Assembly (NCBI GenBank): GCA_965262115.1
Contig: OZ253496.1
Location: forward strand, 1,696,001-1,760,000
DNA: 64,000 bases
Direction: 5' to 3'
DNA from: Nitrospinales bacterium
Lineage (GTDB): Bacteria > Nitrospinota > Nitrospinia > Nitrospinales > VA-1
The first letter of the stretch is position 1. Every line of letters starts with the position of its first letter. Below, piece after piece: positions 31,720-42,406 of this stretch. The notes beneath the pieces are model-generated. The model did not search any database, had not been told where the DNA came from, and saw only the letters and a program-made list of their open reading frames with translations. The translations under genes and the position numbers were made by a program.

Positions 31720-32934
31720 TTAGGTGGTGTATTCCGCATTGATTTTAACGTAATCATACGACAAGTCGCAGGTCAAAACTTCTTCCCATTCTTTTCCGCC
31801 ATGCAGATCGATGGTTATATTGATTTCATGTTGCCGCATTGCTTTGACCAGTTTTTGGGAAGGTAAATTTGTAGGGGTGCCATTTTTCAGCAGCAGATTT
31901 TTATTTAACAATATATCAACTTTGTCAGGGTTAAAGGGTGCACCGGCATTGCCCACTGCGCAATAAATTCGTCCCCAGTTCGGGTCTTCCCCAAACAACG
32001 CAGTTTTGACTAATGATGAGGTGGCAACAGAGTTTGCTATGAGGTATGCCTGTTTGCGTGTTTTTCCTCCCTGAACGCGAACGGTGACGAACTTGGTTGC
32101 TCCTTCTCCATCCAGAACAATTTTGGATGCCAAGTTTTTGCTTATTGTGGTCAACGCTTTCACAAATTCCCGGTAGCCTGAGGTGTTGGCTTTTATCGTC
32201 GGATTTTTTGCCTCTCCATTGGCGAGGACGATGACACAATCATTGGTGCTGTTGTCTCCATCCACGGTAATGCGATTGAAAGAGCGATCGGTAGCTTCTT
32301 TTAGAGCTTTTTTAAGTGTCTTAGAATCGATGATGGCATTGGTCCATAAAAAACCTAGCATGGTTGCCATATTAGGATGGATCATTCCGGATCCCTTACA
32401 TATTCCTCCAATGTCGATGCGGTGTCCTTTAAAGTTGTAACTCACCTTGTCTGATTTAGATATCAGGTCGGTGGTCATGATGGCTTCTGAAGCATCGATC
32501 CAGTTTTTTACAGTCCGCCCCAGTTTTTGCACCAATTGGGGAGCGGCCTTTAAAATTTTATGGGAGGGAAGCGGAACCCCTATCACTCCGGTGGAAGCGA
32601 TGAGAACTTCCTTTTGTGGAATAGACAATTCCTCTGCCACTTTTTTTGTGATCGCGTCGCAGTCTTCCATGCCTTTGGGTCCGACTACCGCGTTGGCGTT
32701 GCCACTGTTGACAACAATGGCACGGCAACTACCACCGGATGAGGATAAGGCGCGACGGCTCCAGGTCACACCGGGAGACACAATCCGGTTTTTGGTGAAG
32801 ACGCCTGCTGCGATGGCCGGAACATCGGACACGATCAATGCCAGATCTTTAATATTTTTTTCTTTGATTCCGCAACTCAGTCCCGCCGCTTTAAATCCGG
32901 GAACTGCCGGGTTGCGATTTTTTGAGAGTTTCAT
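31720..32934 (-). CDS. argJ: Bifunctional ornithine acetyltransferase / N-acetylglutamate synthase
   Basis: NSGNANA, STGVIG, KGSGMIHPNMATML, DGEGATK, DPNWGRI. Confidence 0.97.
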   Translation of the reverse strand: MKLSKNRNPAVPGFKAAGLSCGIKEKNIKDLALIVSDVPAIAAGVFTKNRIVSPGVTWSRRALSSSGGSCRAIVVNSGNANAVVGPKGMEDCDAITKKVAEELSIPQKEVLIASTGVIGVPLPSHKILKAAPQLVQKLGRTVKNWIDASEAIMTTDLISKSDKVSYNFKGHRIDIGGICKGSGMIHPNMATMLGFLWTNAIIDSKTLKKALKEATDRSFNRITVDGDNSTNDCVIVLANGEAKNPTIKANTSGYREFVKALTTISKNLASKIVLDGEGATKFVTVRVQGGKTRKQAYLIANSVATSSLVKTALFGEDPNWGRIYCAVGNAGAPFNPDKVDILLNKNLLLKNGTPTNLPSQKLVKAMRQHEINITIDLHGGKEWEEVLTCDLSYDYVKINAEYTT

Positions 32935-33078
32935 GATTTGTGAGGGCCTTTATTTATTCGGTAATTTTCTCTGTGGCAACTCGCAGGCCCTTATTTCATA
33001 AGGTCTGCTCGTGGCTGTTATATTCTTCATCAGCTTTCATGCCCCATAGGGGTACAAAAACAACTTTTAGAGGTACTC

Positions 33079-34116
33079 TTAAGGAAAAACTGCCGGGGCC
33101 ATGAGACCGGTTTTTTCATCCAGGCCCAGCATGATGTTCATATTCTGGACGGCCTGCCCTGAGGCGCCTTTGATTAAATTATCTAATGCGCTGGTGATGA
33201 TCAGGCGCTGGTTTCGCGCATCGACCTTGAGGCCAATATCGCAAAAATTAGAAGAAAGCACATGATGACTGCTGGCGAATTTGCCCGGATTCAATACGCG
33301 AATAAATTTTTCGCCTTTATAAAAATCGCGGTAATGCTCGACCAGTTTTTCATCGCTGAGGGTTTCGTTCAGGTTGATATAAACCGTGCTCAACATTCCC
33401 CGGGTCATGGGAACCAGGTGCGGGGAAAACGTAAGGCGCACGGGTTTACCCGCCAGAGTGGAAAGCTCCTGCTCCATTTCAGGCGTGTGCCGGTGGGCGG
33501 CAAGGCCATAGGGGTTTATGCCTTCGTTGACCTCACTGTAATTTGTGGTCAGGGAAGGTTTGCGTCCGGCACCGGAAACACCGGACTTGCTGTCGGAAAT
33601 TATAGAATCGAGGTCCACCCAATCGGTCTTAAGAAGCGGAGCCAGAGCCAGAATCACACTGGTCGGATAGCAACCCGGGTTGGCAATGAAGCGTGCGGTT
33701 TGAATGGCCTGGCGATGCAGTTCCGGCAAACCATACACAGCCTGCTCAAGAAGCTCTGGGTGGGTATGGGTGACGGAGTACCAGTCCGAGTAGGCTTCTG
33801 GGTCTTTTAGCCGATAGTCTGCGCTCAGGTCGATGATTTTGCAGTCGGACTGCAAATAAACGGGAAGCTTGTCCATGGCCGTTATGTGAGGCAAGGCCAG
33901 AAACAAAACGGAACAATCTTTGGCGATGTTGTCATCCAGAGGCCGAAGCTTGAGATCAACGATTCCATTCAAAGATGGGAAAACCTCGGCGATGTTTTGA
34001 CCCTGAAAAGTCTCGGAGGTCAAAGCCGTAAGTTCCACATCCGGATGCCCGGCAAGAAGACGAATCAATTCCAGTCCGGTGTATCCACTGGCTCCAGCTA
34101 TAGCTATTTTAAACAT
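33079..34116 (-). CDS. argC: N-acetyl-gamma-glutamyl-phosphate reductase
   Basis: GASGYTG, ANPGCYPT, SGVSGAG, DNLIKGASGQA. Confidence 0.97.
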   Translation of the reverse strand: MFKIAIAGASGYTGLELIRLLAGHPDVELTALTSETFQGQNIAEVFPSLNGIVDLKLRPLDDNIAKDCSVLFLALPHITAMDKLPVYLQSDCKIIDLSADYRLKDPEAYSDWYSVTHTHPELLEQAVYGLPELHRQAIQTARFIANPGCYPTSVILALAPLLKTDWVDLDSIISDSKSGVSGAGRKPSLTTNYSEVNEGINPYGLAAHRHTPEMEQELSTLAGKPVRLTFSPHLVPMTRGMLSTVYINLNETLSDEKLVEHYRDFYKGEKFIRVLNPGKFASSHHVLSSNFCDIGLKVDARNQRLIITSALDNLIKGASGQAVQNMNIMLGLDEKTGLMAPAVFP

Positions 34117-34390
34117 AGTAAAACGCGCCGGTTTAAGTGGGGGTTTTTCTGCCCCTAATATTGATTGAAAGATATAATCCCAGGGATGTGGCGGAGTACC
34201 TCCGCTGGTAGCTTGCAATATCTTTGTCTTGTGGACAAGCTCTATCGCGGCCCGACAAGTTATTGCCCATTTTGCACCGGGCGAGGCCCGGCCAGCGCCA
34301 CCATACCATAACGGATGGTTGAAACTCTGTTTTATGCTTGAATAATTTTGGTGGCGGTTGCCCCAGTTTCCCTCGGGCGCTGCCCGGGGC

Positions 34391-34789
34391 TTAACGTTTG
34401 GAGAACTGGAATTTTTTGCGTGCCCCGGGCTGTCCGTATTTTTTTCTTTCTACGGTTCTTGAGTCCCGAGTGAGGAATCCAGCTTTTTTAAGGGGTGCCC
34501 GTAAACCTGGGTCGGTCAAAATGAGAGCCCGGGAAATACCCAGACGCAGTGCTCCGGACTGGCCGGAAAGACCTCCACCCTGAACGGTGGCCTGGATGTC
34601 TATAGACTCTAGTGTGTCAGTCGTGATCAACGGGTGCTTGATGATGCATTCGAGGCTTTCCCGGCAAAAATATTCCTTAATGGATTTGTTATTAACTACG
34701 ATTTTGCCGTCGCCTTTTTGAATCCATACTTTGGCGATAGATTCTTTGCGTTTTCCCGTTGCGTAAAATTTTTCGATGGTGCCTTCCAT
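34391..34789 (-). CDS. rpsI: 30S ribosomal protein S9
   Basis: TGKRK, GGGLSGQ, ERKKYG...QFSKR. Confidence 0.98.
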   Translation of the reverse strand: MEGTIEKFYATGKRKESIAKVWIQKGDGKIVVNNKSIKEYFCRESLECIIKHPLITTDTLESIDIQATVQGGGLSGQSGALRLGISRALILTDPGLRAPLKKAGFLTRDSRTVERKKYGQPGARKKFQFSKR

Positions 34790-34971
34790 AATCGTGTCTG
34801 CTCTCTTTTTTAAATTTTGCTTAATTGATTATTTTGTTATACCGGCGTTATCACCGGCGGCCGTGATATTCTTCCTAAATCTTCGTGCCCCGGAGGGGTA
34901 AAATTGCAATGTCTTTATTATGCGGACAAATGTTCTCTCGGCTTATAAGCTATTGCCCATTGCTTCTCTCG

Positions 34972-35400
34972 CTAGAGAGCGATCGCTTCCGGGTTTTGAC
35001 TCGTATGCGGGTGCTGGTCGTTATTGTAGATTCTGAAATTGTTGTGCAGGGTTCTGCCTAATCTCGTTTTTGGCAACATTCCCTGGATCGCTTTTTTCAG
35101 CAGATCAGAAGGCTGTTTCTCAAGAACCTGTTTTGCCGTGACGGATTTGATTCCTCCCGGCCAACCGGTATGATGGTAATAAATTTTGTCGTCCCATTTC
35201 TTACCGGTCAGCTTAACCTTTGCGGCGTTGATGATGATGACATTATCCCCTGTATCAACGTGGGGAGTATAAATGGGTTTGGTTTTGCCACGAATGATTG
35301 AGGCGGCTGTGCTGGCCACACGCCCCAACGGTTTGTCGGCAGCATCAATCAGCACCCATTTTTTAACAACGTCGCTCTGTTTAGCAAAAAAGGTTTTCAT
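34972..35400 (-). CDS. rplM: 50S ribosomal protein L13
   Basis: LGRVAS, YTPHVDTGD, HTGWPGG, GMLPK. Confidence 0.98.
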   Translation of the reverse strand: MKTFFAKQSDVVKKWVLIDAADKPLGRVASTAASIIRGKTKPIYTPHVDTGDNVIIINAAKVKLTGKKWDDKIYYHHTGWPGGIKSVTAKQVLEKQPSDLLKKAIQGMLPKTRLGRTLHNNFRIYNNDQHPHTSQNPEAIAL

Positions 35401-35590
35401 TATATTCCGGTTTCAGTCAATATTATTTTTAATGTCGTAAACCGGCTATAATAAAAGAGATATCTGGCCCTGTCAACTAGAAAGCATCCTTTAATAACGG
35501 ATTTGCCAGAAAGTTTCTTTACTTTATTTTTTGGAGAAAATAGACTAAATTTGTCTATTTTAAATCCTTCTGGGTCTGTAAGCTAACTAT

Positions 35591-37555
35591 ATGGAAAATA
35601 TGGCTCAATCTGAAGGTTTGGCATCTGCACGAGCCAGCGGGGATGTCAATGGAGAGGCTCTGTACCGGTCCATTGAGCGCTCCCGGGACTTTTTGCTCTC
35701 CTGCCAGAACGCCGAGGGTTATTGGGTGGACGAATTGGAGGCCAATGTCACCATTTCGGCCGAATTTATTTTCTTCATGCATTTCACTGACCGGCTGGAC
35801 CCGGTCAAACAAGACCGGATCGTAAAATATTTACTGCATCTTCAAAGGGAGGACGGCAGTTGGCCGCTTTTTTATGGCGGCTTGTGCGACATTAACTCGA
35901 CGGTTGAGTCCTATATGGCTCTCAAAATGGCCGGCCTGCCCGCCGACCGGGAAGAGATGGTGCGGGCCCGTCAGGCGATTTTTGCCAACGGGGGTATCAA
36001 AAAAACCCGGGTCTTCACAAAAATGTTCCTCGCCATGTTCGGTCAGGTTTCCTGGAGCGACTGCCCGGCGGTGCCGGTAGAGATTATTTTGTTGCCCGAC
36101 TGGTTTCCTTTCAATATCTATGAGATTTCGAGCTGGTCGAGAGGTACCGTGGTTCCACTTTCTGTCGTGCGTTCCTTCGAACCGGTGCATGAGCTTCCGG
36201 AAGGGCGGGACGTTCAGGAATTGTTCACCAAAAAGGATGTGGATCTGGATTTCAAACCCAATGGCCTGCCTTTCACCAGCTGGAGAAACACGTTCATATA
36301 TCTCGATCACTTTATCAAGGCTATCGGCCAGTTCCCCTTTAAACCTCTGCGCAAAAAAGCGCTTAAAAAAGTCGAGCAATGGACGCTGGAGCACCAGGAA
36401 GACGAGGGCGACTTTGGCGGCATTCAACCGGCCATGTTCAATGCTCTTTTAGCGTTGTACCTTTTAGGCTACGCCGAAGACCATCCCGCGTGTGTGAAAG
36501 GAATGGAAGCGGTGGACCGCTTCATGCTGGAAAAAGACGGGCGGCTCTGGATGCAGCCCTGCGTCTCGCCTTTGTGGGACACGGCCATCTGCGCCAACGC
36601 CTTGTTGGATTCGGGACTGCCATCCGACCACCCGGCCCTGGTGAAAGCCGGTGAGTGGATCATTGGCAAACAGGTGATCAAGCGTGGCGACTGGCAGGTG
36701 AAGAATCCGACAGCGGAGCCGGGAGGCTGGGCGTTTGAGTTTTATAATGAACTGTATCCGGACACCGATGACACGGCAGAGATTTTGCTTTTCCTCGATC
36801 GGATCGAGGTCGCCGACAACCGCTGGAAGTTGAGCGAATGCCAGCGGGCGATGGACTGGTTGTTGAGCATGCAAAGTAAAAGCGGTGGATGGGGAGCCTT
36901 CGATGTGGATAACGATAGGGAGGTTCTCAACGAAGTTCCTTTTGCCGACCATAAGGCGTTGCTGGATCCTGCAACGGTGGATGTGACGAGCCGGATTCTT
37001 TGGATGCTGGCAAAATGGGGATTTAAAAAACAGCACCCACAGGTTCAACGGGCCATTGCGTTTATCAAAGATCGTCAGGAAGTGGATGGTTGCTGGTATG
37101 GCCGATGGGGAGTGAATTATATTTATGGAACGTTTTTAGCCTTGAACGGTTTGTGTGCCATCGGTGAGGACATGAAGGACAGGTTCAGCCGGCAAGCTGT
37201 CCTCTGGTTAGAAACTCACCAAAATGAAGATGGAGGTTGGGGTGAAACCTGCCAAAGTTATATAGAGTCGAGCTTGCGGGGTCGGGGTCAAAGCACTGCC
37301 TCACAAACTGCCTGGGCCTTACTGGGGCTCATCGCTGCCGGTGAGGAAAAAAATTCGGTTGTAGAACGCGGCGTGTGCTTTTTAATCGAAACGCAAAAAG
37401 AGTCGGGGGAGTTTTCAGGAAGCTGGTGGGAGGATGAGTTCACCGGTACCGGGTTTCCCATCCATTTCTTCATCAAATACCATATGTATCAGCATTTCTT
37501 CCCGCTGATGGCTTTGTCCCGCTACCGGCGAGCCGCCGGTGGCAAATTGCAATAG
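35591..37555 (+). CDS. shc: Squalene-hopene cyclase
   Basis: DTDDTA protonation motif, QW repeats (QREDGSW, QSKSGGW, QNEDGGW), GRWGVNY, TGTGFP. Confidence 0.96.
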   Translation: MENMAQSEGLASARASGDVNGEALYRSIERSRDFLLSCQNAEGYWVDELEANVTISAEFIFFMHFTDRLDPVKQDRIVKYLLHLQREDGSWPLFYGGLCDINSTVESYMALKMAGLPADREEMVRARQAIFANGGIKKTRVFTKMFLAMFGQVSWSDCPAVPVEIILLPDWFPFNIYEISSWSRGTVVPLSVVRSFEPVHELPEGRDVQELFTKKDVDLDFKPNGLPFTSWRNTFIYLDHFIKAIGQFPFKPLRKKALKKVEQWTLEHQEDEGDFGGIQPAMFNALLALYLLGYAEDHPACVKGMEAVDRFMLEKDGRLWMQPCVSPLWDTAICANALLDSGLPSDHPALVKAGEWIIGKQVIKRGDWQVKNPTAEPGGWAFEFYNELYPDTDDTAEILLFLDRIEVADNRWKLSECQRAMDWLLSMQSKSGGWGAFDVDNDREVLNEVPFADHKALLDPATVDVTSRILWMLAKWGFKKQHPQVQRAIAFIKDRQEVDGCWYGRWGVNYIYGTFLALNGLCAIGEDMKDRFSRQAVLWLETHQNEDGGWGETCQSYIESSLRGRGQSTASQTAWALLGLIAAGEEKNSVVERGVCFLIETQKESGEFSGSWWEDEFTGTGFPIHFFIKYHMYQHFFPLMALSRYRRAAGGKLQ

Positions 37556-37789
37556 TTTCTTTACCCCCTACGGGGCACGAAAACTGAGGAAGAATATCAC
37601 GTGCTCACTGGCCTCACGCCCGGTGGCCCCTGCAAAGGTCTCTTCCGCAAGGGGGCCAGGGGGATTTGACGGGCCGTATGTAATTTGCCAGTGGTGGCTA
37701 CACCGCCTTAATTCACTGCAAGCAAAGGCGATTTAGTGTATAAATGTAACTTCATTTAAAACTCCATAAAATTCGAGGTGCAGGAAGGC

Positions 37790-38635
37790 ATGCAATACAA
37801 GCGGTGGGTGGTTTTTATATTGGCGGGGTTCCTGCTTTCAGGTTGTGGGGGTGGGATGGATGATGAAGATGTGGTCGAAAAGTCCAACTTCCAGATGCCA
37901 ATGAAGGAAAATACCTGGGTGCGCAAGGAAACAGTGCGTAAAACCACAGATGACTTGTTTGCCAACGCTGGCAAAAAGAGCGCTGAAGTTCCTGTTGATT
38001 CGGCCCTGGCAGCCAAACTGAAAAAACCGGCAACCCTTCCTATCAATTCGCAAGAGGAATGTTTAGAACAGGCTAATGCCCTCGATCAACAACGCACCGA
38101 AGTGCAAAAGCGTGGTGGGGTCTGGCACGCTTATGAAAAAGTTGCCAAAGCCAAACCTTATTCCAATTATGGTATGCAGTTGGACAGCCAGACCAACCGG
38201 TTGGTGTTTTCCCTCCAGCATATTTGCAAGAACGCTCAGGAAATCCATTTAAGCGCGTGGGGTGTGCAGACGGTGCAAAGGTTCAAAAAGATGGGCGAAG
38301 AGGGTTATAGAAATTACTTTATTGGATTAGGCGAAGTCATGGGGGATGTCGATAAATGGGTCGAGTTTGCCAAGTTTGCCATTGAAAGCAAGAACCGGCA
38401 AGTCCCCTATCCCAAAATCGGCGAGTCCATTGCCCAGGCCAAACTGCTTGTAGATTTGTATGATGAGCTTTCGGAACGAAAAATAAGTGATGACACCGCT
38501 CTGCAAACGTTTCTCACCGAAGGGGCTACCCTCCTGAGTGTTGTCAACGAAAGTTTCAGCACTGATCCCCGATTGGTGCTCGCCCTCCAGGACGAAAACG
38601 TGTTCCCCTTCGAGGATATCAAAGGCGAAATGTAG
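37790..38635 (+). CDS. Hypothetical lipoprotein
   Basis: Long ORF; signal peptide with lipobox LSGC after ATG 37790. Confidence 0.75.
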   Translation: MQYKRWVVFILAGFLLSGCGGGMDDEDVVEKSNFQMPMKENTWVRKETVRKTTDDLFANAGKKSAEVPVDSALAAKLKKPATLPINSQEECLEQANALDQQRTEVQKRGGVWHAYEKVAKAKPYSNYGMQLDSQTNRLVFSLQHICKNAQEIHLSAWGVQTVQRFKKMGEEGYRNYFIGLGEVMGDVDKWVEFAKFAIESKNRQVPYPKIGESIAQAKLLVDLYDELSERKISDDTALQTFLTEGATLLSVVNESFSTDPRLVLALQDENVFPFEDIKGEM

Positions 38636-39167
38636 CCGACCAACGGCCGGTGGCAACCACTGGCGTGAGGCCAGTATAAATGCTCCTCCCCTGACAAGGG
38701 GAGGCTGGGAGGGGTTGCTTTAGTCGTCATTGCGAACCGAAACGGCGTGACCGTGATAATTCACCTTAGCCTTTGTGAGCTTGTGATGTCCTTTTCCTCA
38801 AACTTCATGCCCCGCAAAGGCAAAATGAAGGCATGATAATTTTCCTTTCCTGCCAAGGGGTCCGGCTCGACAAGTCTTTGCCTGACTCGTCGCAGGGGAA
38901 AATAGCAATGACCCATTGTTCGCCTGCAGACGAATCGTTTACCGATGAAAAATCCGTCCATATCCCTGTTTTTATTTTTTGCCTTGTTGTTAAGGCAGTT
39001 GTTATAATGAAGCGCTCCGTAGAGTCGGATAAAACGGTTCAGATGTTGTGGACGTAAAGTAAGTCCTCGCCTATTGAGGTTGAGGCCGCTTCTGAGTAAG
39101 TCGGATTGTTAGACGGATTGTGCCCTTCTTGGCGTGAAACTATTATTTACAATGTTATGGGGTAGCC

Positions 39168-41942
39168 ATGCTTCAAAGCTTTTGTCTCAAAAAAAAGAGT
39201 AGCGGGTCCCTGATTATCGGGATGGTCGTTTTTTTTAGTCTGATGATCGCAGCCGGTTTTGTGGATGAGGCGGTTGCGGAATCGAATGACAATCCCGATG
39301 AGAATATTGTTGGTGTAAATGGCAGCAGTCCCGTGCGTAGTGTCCTTGACCTGCTGACTCCTATCCACAGTGTCAGTGCCGAAGAGGTACACGATAATAG
39401 CCAGATTGAGGAAGGCCGCGTTTCGCAACTCTTGTTGCCTGCCTTTAATTTTTCCAGTTCCAGCACTAGTGTCAACGCTGAAGCAGAAATCTCGCGTCCT
39501 ATCGAGTTAGAAAGTATTTATGTCGTAGGCAGCCGCGCCCCTGAGCGCAGTGTTCTTGACCTGCCGGTTCCTGTTGACATCGTTACTGCCGAAGATATGC
39601 GTGACACGGGTCAGACCGAAGTGGGCCGGATGTTACAACGCCTGATACCCTCCTTTAATTTTTCCAGTTCCAGTATAAGTGACGGGACCGATGCCCTGCG
39701 CCCTGCAACGTTGCGTGGCTTGAGCCCCGATCAGGTATTGGTCCTTATCAACGGTAAACGCCGTCACAACAGTGCCTTGATACACGTCAATACATCGGTC
39801 GGGCGTGGTACGGCGGGGGTGGACATGAACGCCATTCCTGCGTCCGCCATTAAGCGTATCGAGATTTTGCGCGATGGCGCCGCCGCCCAGTATGGATCGG
39901 ACGCTATAGCCGGCGTGATCAACATCGTGCTGAAGGACGGCGTGCAAGAAGGTTTTGCCAGCGGTTCCTACGGTCAATATTTGGAAGGTGATGGTGAAAA
40001 TATCTTGTTCAATGCAGGCCAGGGGTTCCGGCTCAATGGTGGGAAGGGTTTTATCCACGCCAGCTTGGAATACCGTAACCGGAAAAGCACTAATCGCGCT
40101 GGTTTGACCGGCGAATGCCAGTACACTTGCACGCCTGCGGGTACTAACTCAAATGGAGCAATCCAGCAGACCACAGATCAGCGGGAAATCAATTTTAATC
40201 GGAAGAACTTCCGCATCGGCGATGCGGAGTCTGAGCAGTTTTCCGGCGTGTTGAATGCTGAGCTTGAGCTAGGCGGCGGGGAGCTTTATGGTTTTTTAAC
40301 CCGGTCGGGCCGTGAAAATACGTCCGCCGGGTTCTTTCGCAGAGCCAATCAGACAGAGAGCAATCCGGTCCTTGGTGATGGAGAAGCATTCTTCCCCAAC
40401 GGTTTTTTGCCCTTGATCAACACGGATGTCGAAGATTTTTCCATCAACGCGGGGTTCCGCCGTAAGCTTGACTGGGGGATTGATGCCGATTTTTCTATCA
40501 CCCACGGTCTCAATGATTTTGCCTTTAATATAAGTAACTCCGTAAATGCCTCGCAGGCGCGGAAAGCGGTAACTGACAGCATCCTCACTTCGGACGAGAT
40601 ACGCGCCAGCCTGCCAACCTCTGCCGATGCCGGTGAACTGGGCATTGGGCTGACCACCGCCAACATCGACTTGGTCAAACGCCTTGGCGACCTTACGCTC
40701 ACCGGCGGTGCCGAATACCGGCACGATACTTATACCATAAAAGCTGGAGATGAGGTCTCCTTCGCCGACTTCGATATCAATGACAATACCGCTGTTGCTG
40801 GCATCCAGGTATTTCCTGGATTTCAACCCAGTAACGAAGTGGATGAATCACGCAATATCGCCTCTCTTTACGCCGATGTCGGATATGACGTTAACTCCGA
40901 CTGGCAGGTAAACAGCGCGTTGCGTTTCGATCACTACAGCGATTTTGGCGGTACCCTTAATTTTAAACTGGCCACCCGCTACGCGTTCACCGACTGGCTG
41001 ATACTTCGAGCTTCTGGCGGCAGCGGGTTTCGCGCCCCTTCCATGCAACAACAGTTCTTTAATAATGTCAGCACCCAGTTCAACGATATCAATGGGGTCG
41101 TAACGGCCGAGCAGGTCGGAACCTTCCGCAACGACTCGGCCTTGGCCAGGGCCATCGGGATTCCCGAACTGAAGGAAGAAACATCCTATAATCTTGGGGT
41201 TGGCGTGGTTTTTCAGCCCTTTAAAAACTTCACCCTGACGGCTGACTATTACCGCATCACTATCGATGACCGTATCGTCCTCAGCGGACGCCTTGAGAGC
41301 GGCGCGAACGCGGCATTGGATGCCGCGCTTACGGCCAATGGCGTTCAGAGCGCACAGTTTTTCCTTAATGCCGTTGATACGGAAACCAACGGGATTGATA
41401 TTGTCGCAACATGGAAGATACGCCCCCCGAAGGGGCAGCTTGAACTTTCACTGGGTGCCAGTTATACAGATACCGAAATCACCGGGATATTTTCTCCTGA
41501 TAGTCTCCAAGGCGTTGCGCTTGACACGGTGTTCAGTGCCCAGGACAGCTCTATTATTGAGTCATGGCAACCCAAATCCCGTCTCAATCTATCGGCGGAT
41601 TATGCCTTGGGCGATTTCAGCATGACTCTGGCGCTCAATCGTTTTGGTGAATACACGGTGCTTGACGGTGATAAAAGCCAGACCTATGGCGCGAAAGTGC
41701 TGACCGATCTGTTGTTGCGGTACAACTTTCCTCGTAATATCACCCTCAGTCTGGGCGCAAACAACCTGTTTGACGTTGTTCCGGAGAAAAACCGAATCGG
41801 ACAATCCAGGAATGGCACCATCATCGATGGGGACGGCAACACGATTGTCAGTTCCAGCGGGGTATTCGAATTTTCCCGGCGTTCCGCCCCCTTCGGATTC
41901 AATGGTGGCTACTATTTTGCCAGATTGACGCACCGCTTCTAA
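39168..41942 (+). CDS. TonB-dependent outer membrane receptor
   Basis: TonB-box-like IYVVGSR, plug motifs LRGL/LINGKRRH/IEILRDGAAAQYGSDAIAGVINI, FRAPS, NLFD, C-terminal Phe. Confidence 0.94.
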   Translation: MLQSFCLKKKSSGSLIIGMVVFFSLMIAAGFVDEAVAESNDNPDENIVGVNGSSPVRSVLDLLTPIHSVSAEEVHDNSQIEEGRVSQLLLPAFNFSSSSTSVNAEAEISRPIELESIYVVGSRAPERSVLDLPVPVDIVTAEDMRDTGQTEVGRMLQRLIPSFNFSSSSISDGTDALRPATLRGLSPDQVLVLINGKRRHNSALIHVNTSVGRGTAGVDMNAIPASAIKRIEILRDGAAAQYGSDAIAGVINIVLKDGVQEGFASGSYGQYLEGDGENILFNAGQGFRLNGGKGFIHASLEYRNRKSTNRAGLTGECQYTCTPAGTNSNGAIQQTTDQREINFNRKNFRIGDAESEQFSGVLNAELELGGGELYGFLTRSGRENTSAGFFRRANQTESNPVLGDGEAFFPNGFLPLINTDVEDFSINAGFRRKLDWGIDADFSITHGLNDFAFNISNSVNASQARKAVTDSILTSDEIRASLPTSADAGELGIGLTTANIDLVKRLGDLTLTGGAEYRHDTYTIKAGDEVSFADFDINDNTAVAGIQVFPGFQPSNEVDESRNIASLYADVGYDVNSDWQVNSALRFDHYSDFGGTLNFKLATRYAFTDWLILRASGGSGFRAPSMQQQFFNNVSTQFNDINGVVTAEQVGTFRNDSALARAIGIPELKEETSYNLGVGVVFQPFKNFTLTADYYRITIDDRIVLSGRLESGANAALDAALTANGVQSAQFFLNAVDTETNGIDIVATWKIRPPKGQLELSLGASYTDTEITGIFSPDSLQGVALDTVFSAQDSSIIESWQPKSRLNLSADYALGDFSMTLALNRFGEYTVLDGDKSQTYGAKVLTDLLLRYNFPRNITLSLGANNLFDVVPEKNRIGQSRNGTIIDGDGNTIVSSSGVFEFSRRSAPFGFNGGYYFARLTHRF

Positions 41943-41945
41943 CAG

Positions 41946-42406
41946 GAGAGCTTTGCATAATCTGGGATTACCCCTTCTACCCGTTCCGGGCATGAAAGCT
42001 TGGGTGAAATATCCTCAACATTAGTCTTCATGCCCGGAACGGGTAGAAGGGGTAATCCCAGATTATGCAAAGCGAGATTCTTCGTCACCTTGTTCCTCAG
42101 AATGACAAAAGTACTTCTTCTTGTCATTCTGAACGCAGTGAAGCAATCCAGGGTTTGATTTAGTAATACTTCCTCTCCCTTCATAGGGAGAGGATTGAGG
42201 TGAGGGTTTGATTTCCGCCTACAGCCTTCTCCAGAGCTTTTCCTCAAACCAGAACCTGGATCGCCACGCTCATTTTAGTTGCTCGCGATGACGGGAGCGG
42301 GTAATTGTCATTCTGAACGAAGTGAATACGTGATGTTTCACCCAAGCTTTCATGCCCCGAAGGGGTAATCTCGCTTTTCAGGTTTTTCGACTTATGCAAA
42401 GGTCTC
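41946..42406. mobile_element. Composite MITE with nested repeats, including a perfect 47-bp inverted repeat
   Basis: Same TIRs as the other MITEs at both ends, no TSD visible; arms 41950-41996 / 42027-42073; mini-element 42330-42367. Confidence 0.8.

Noticed and set aside
37631..37648. TGCAAAGGTCTC as another MITE, and a 14-bp match AAGGTCTCTTCCGC shared with ~50898
   Set aside because: Single partial TIR with no partner or TSD; the short match is compatible with chance or a remnant.
39000..39167. Cobalamin or other riboswitch, or Fur box, upstream of the TonB receptor
   Set aside because: No B12-box or other recognisable consensus seen; an Rfam scan would be needed.
41939..42247. Short ORFs in repeat mosaics (also 21772-22041, 49667-49912, 9639-9899, 55648-55833)
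   Set aside because: Translations of MITE/REP sequence with no protein features.
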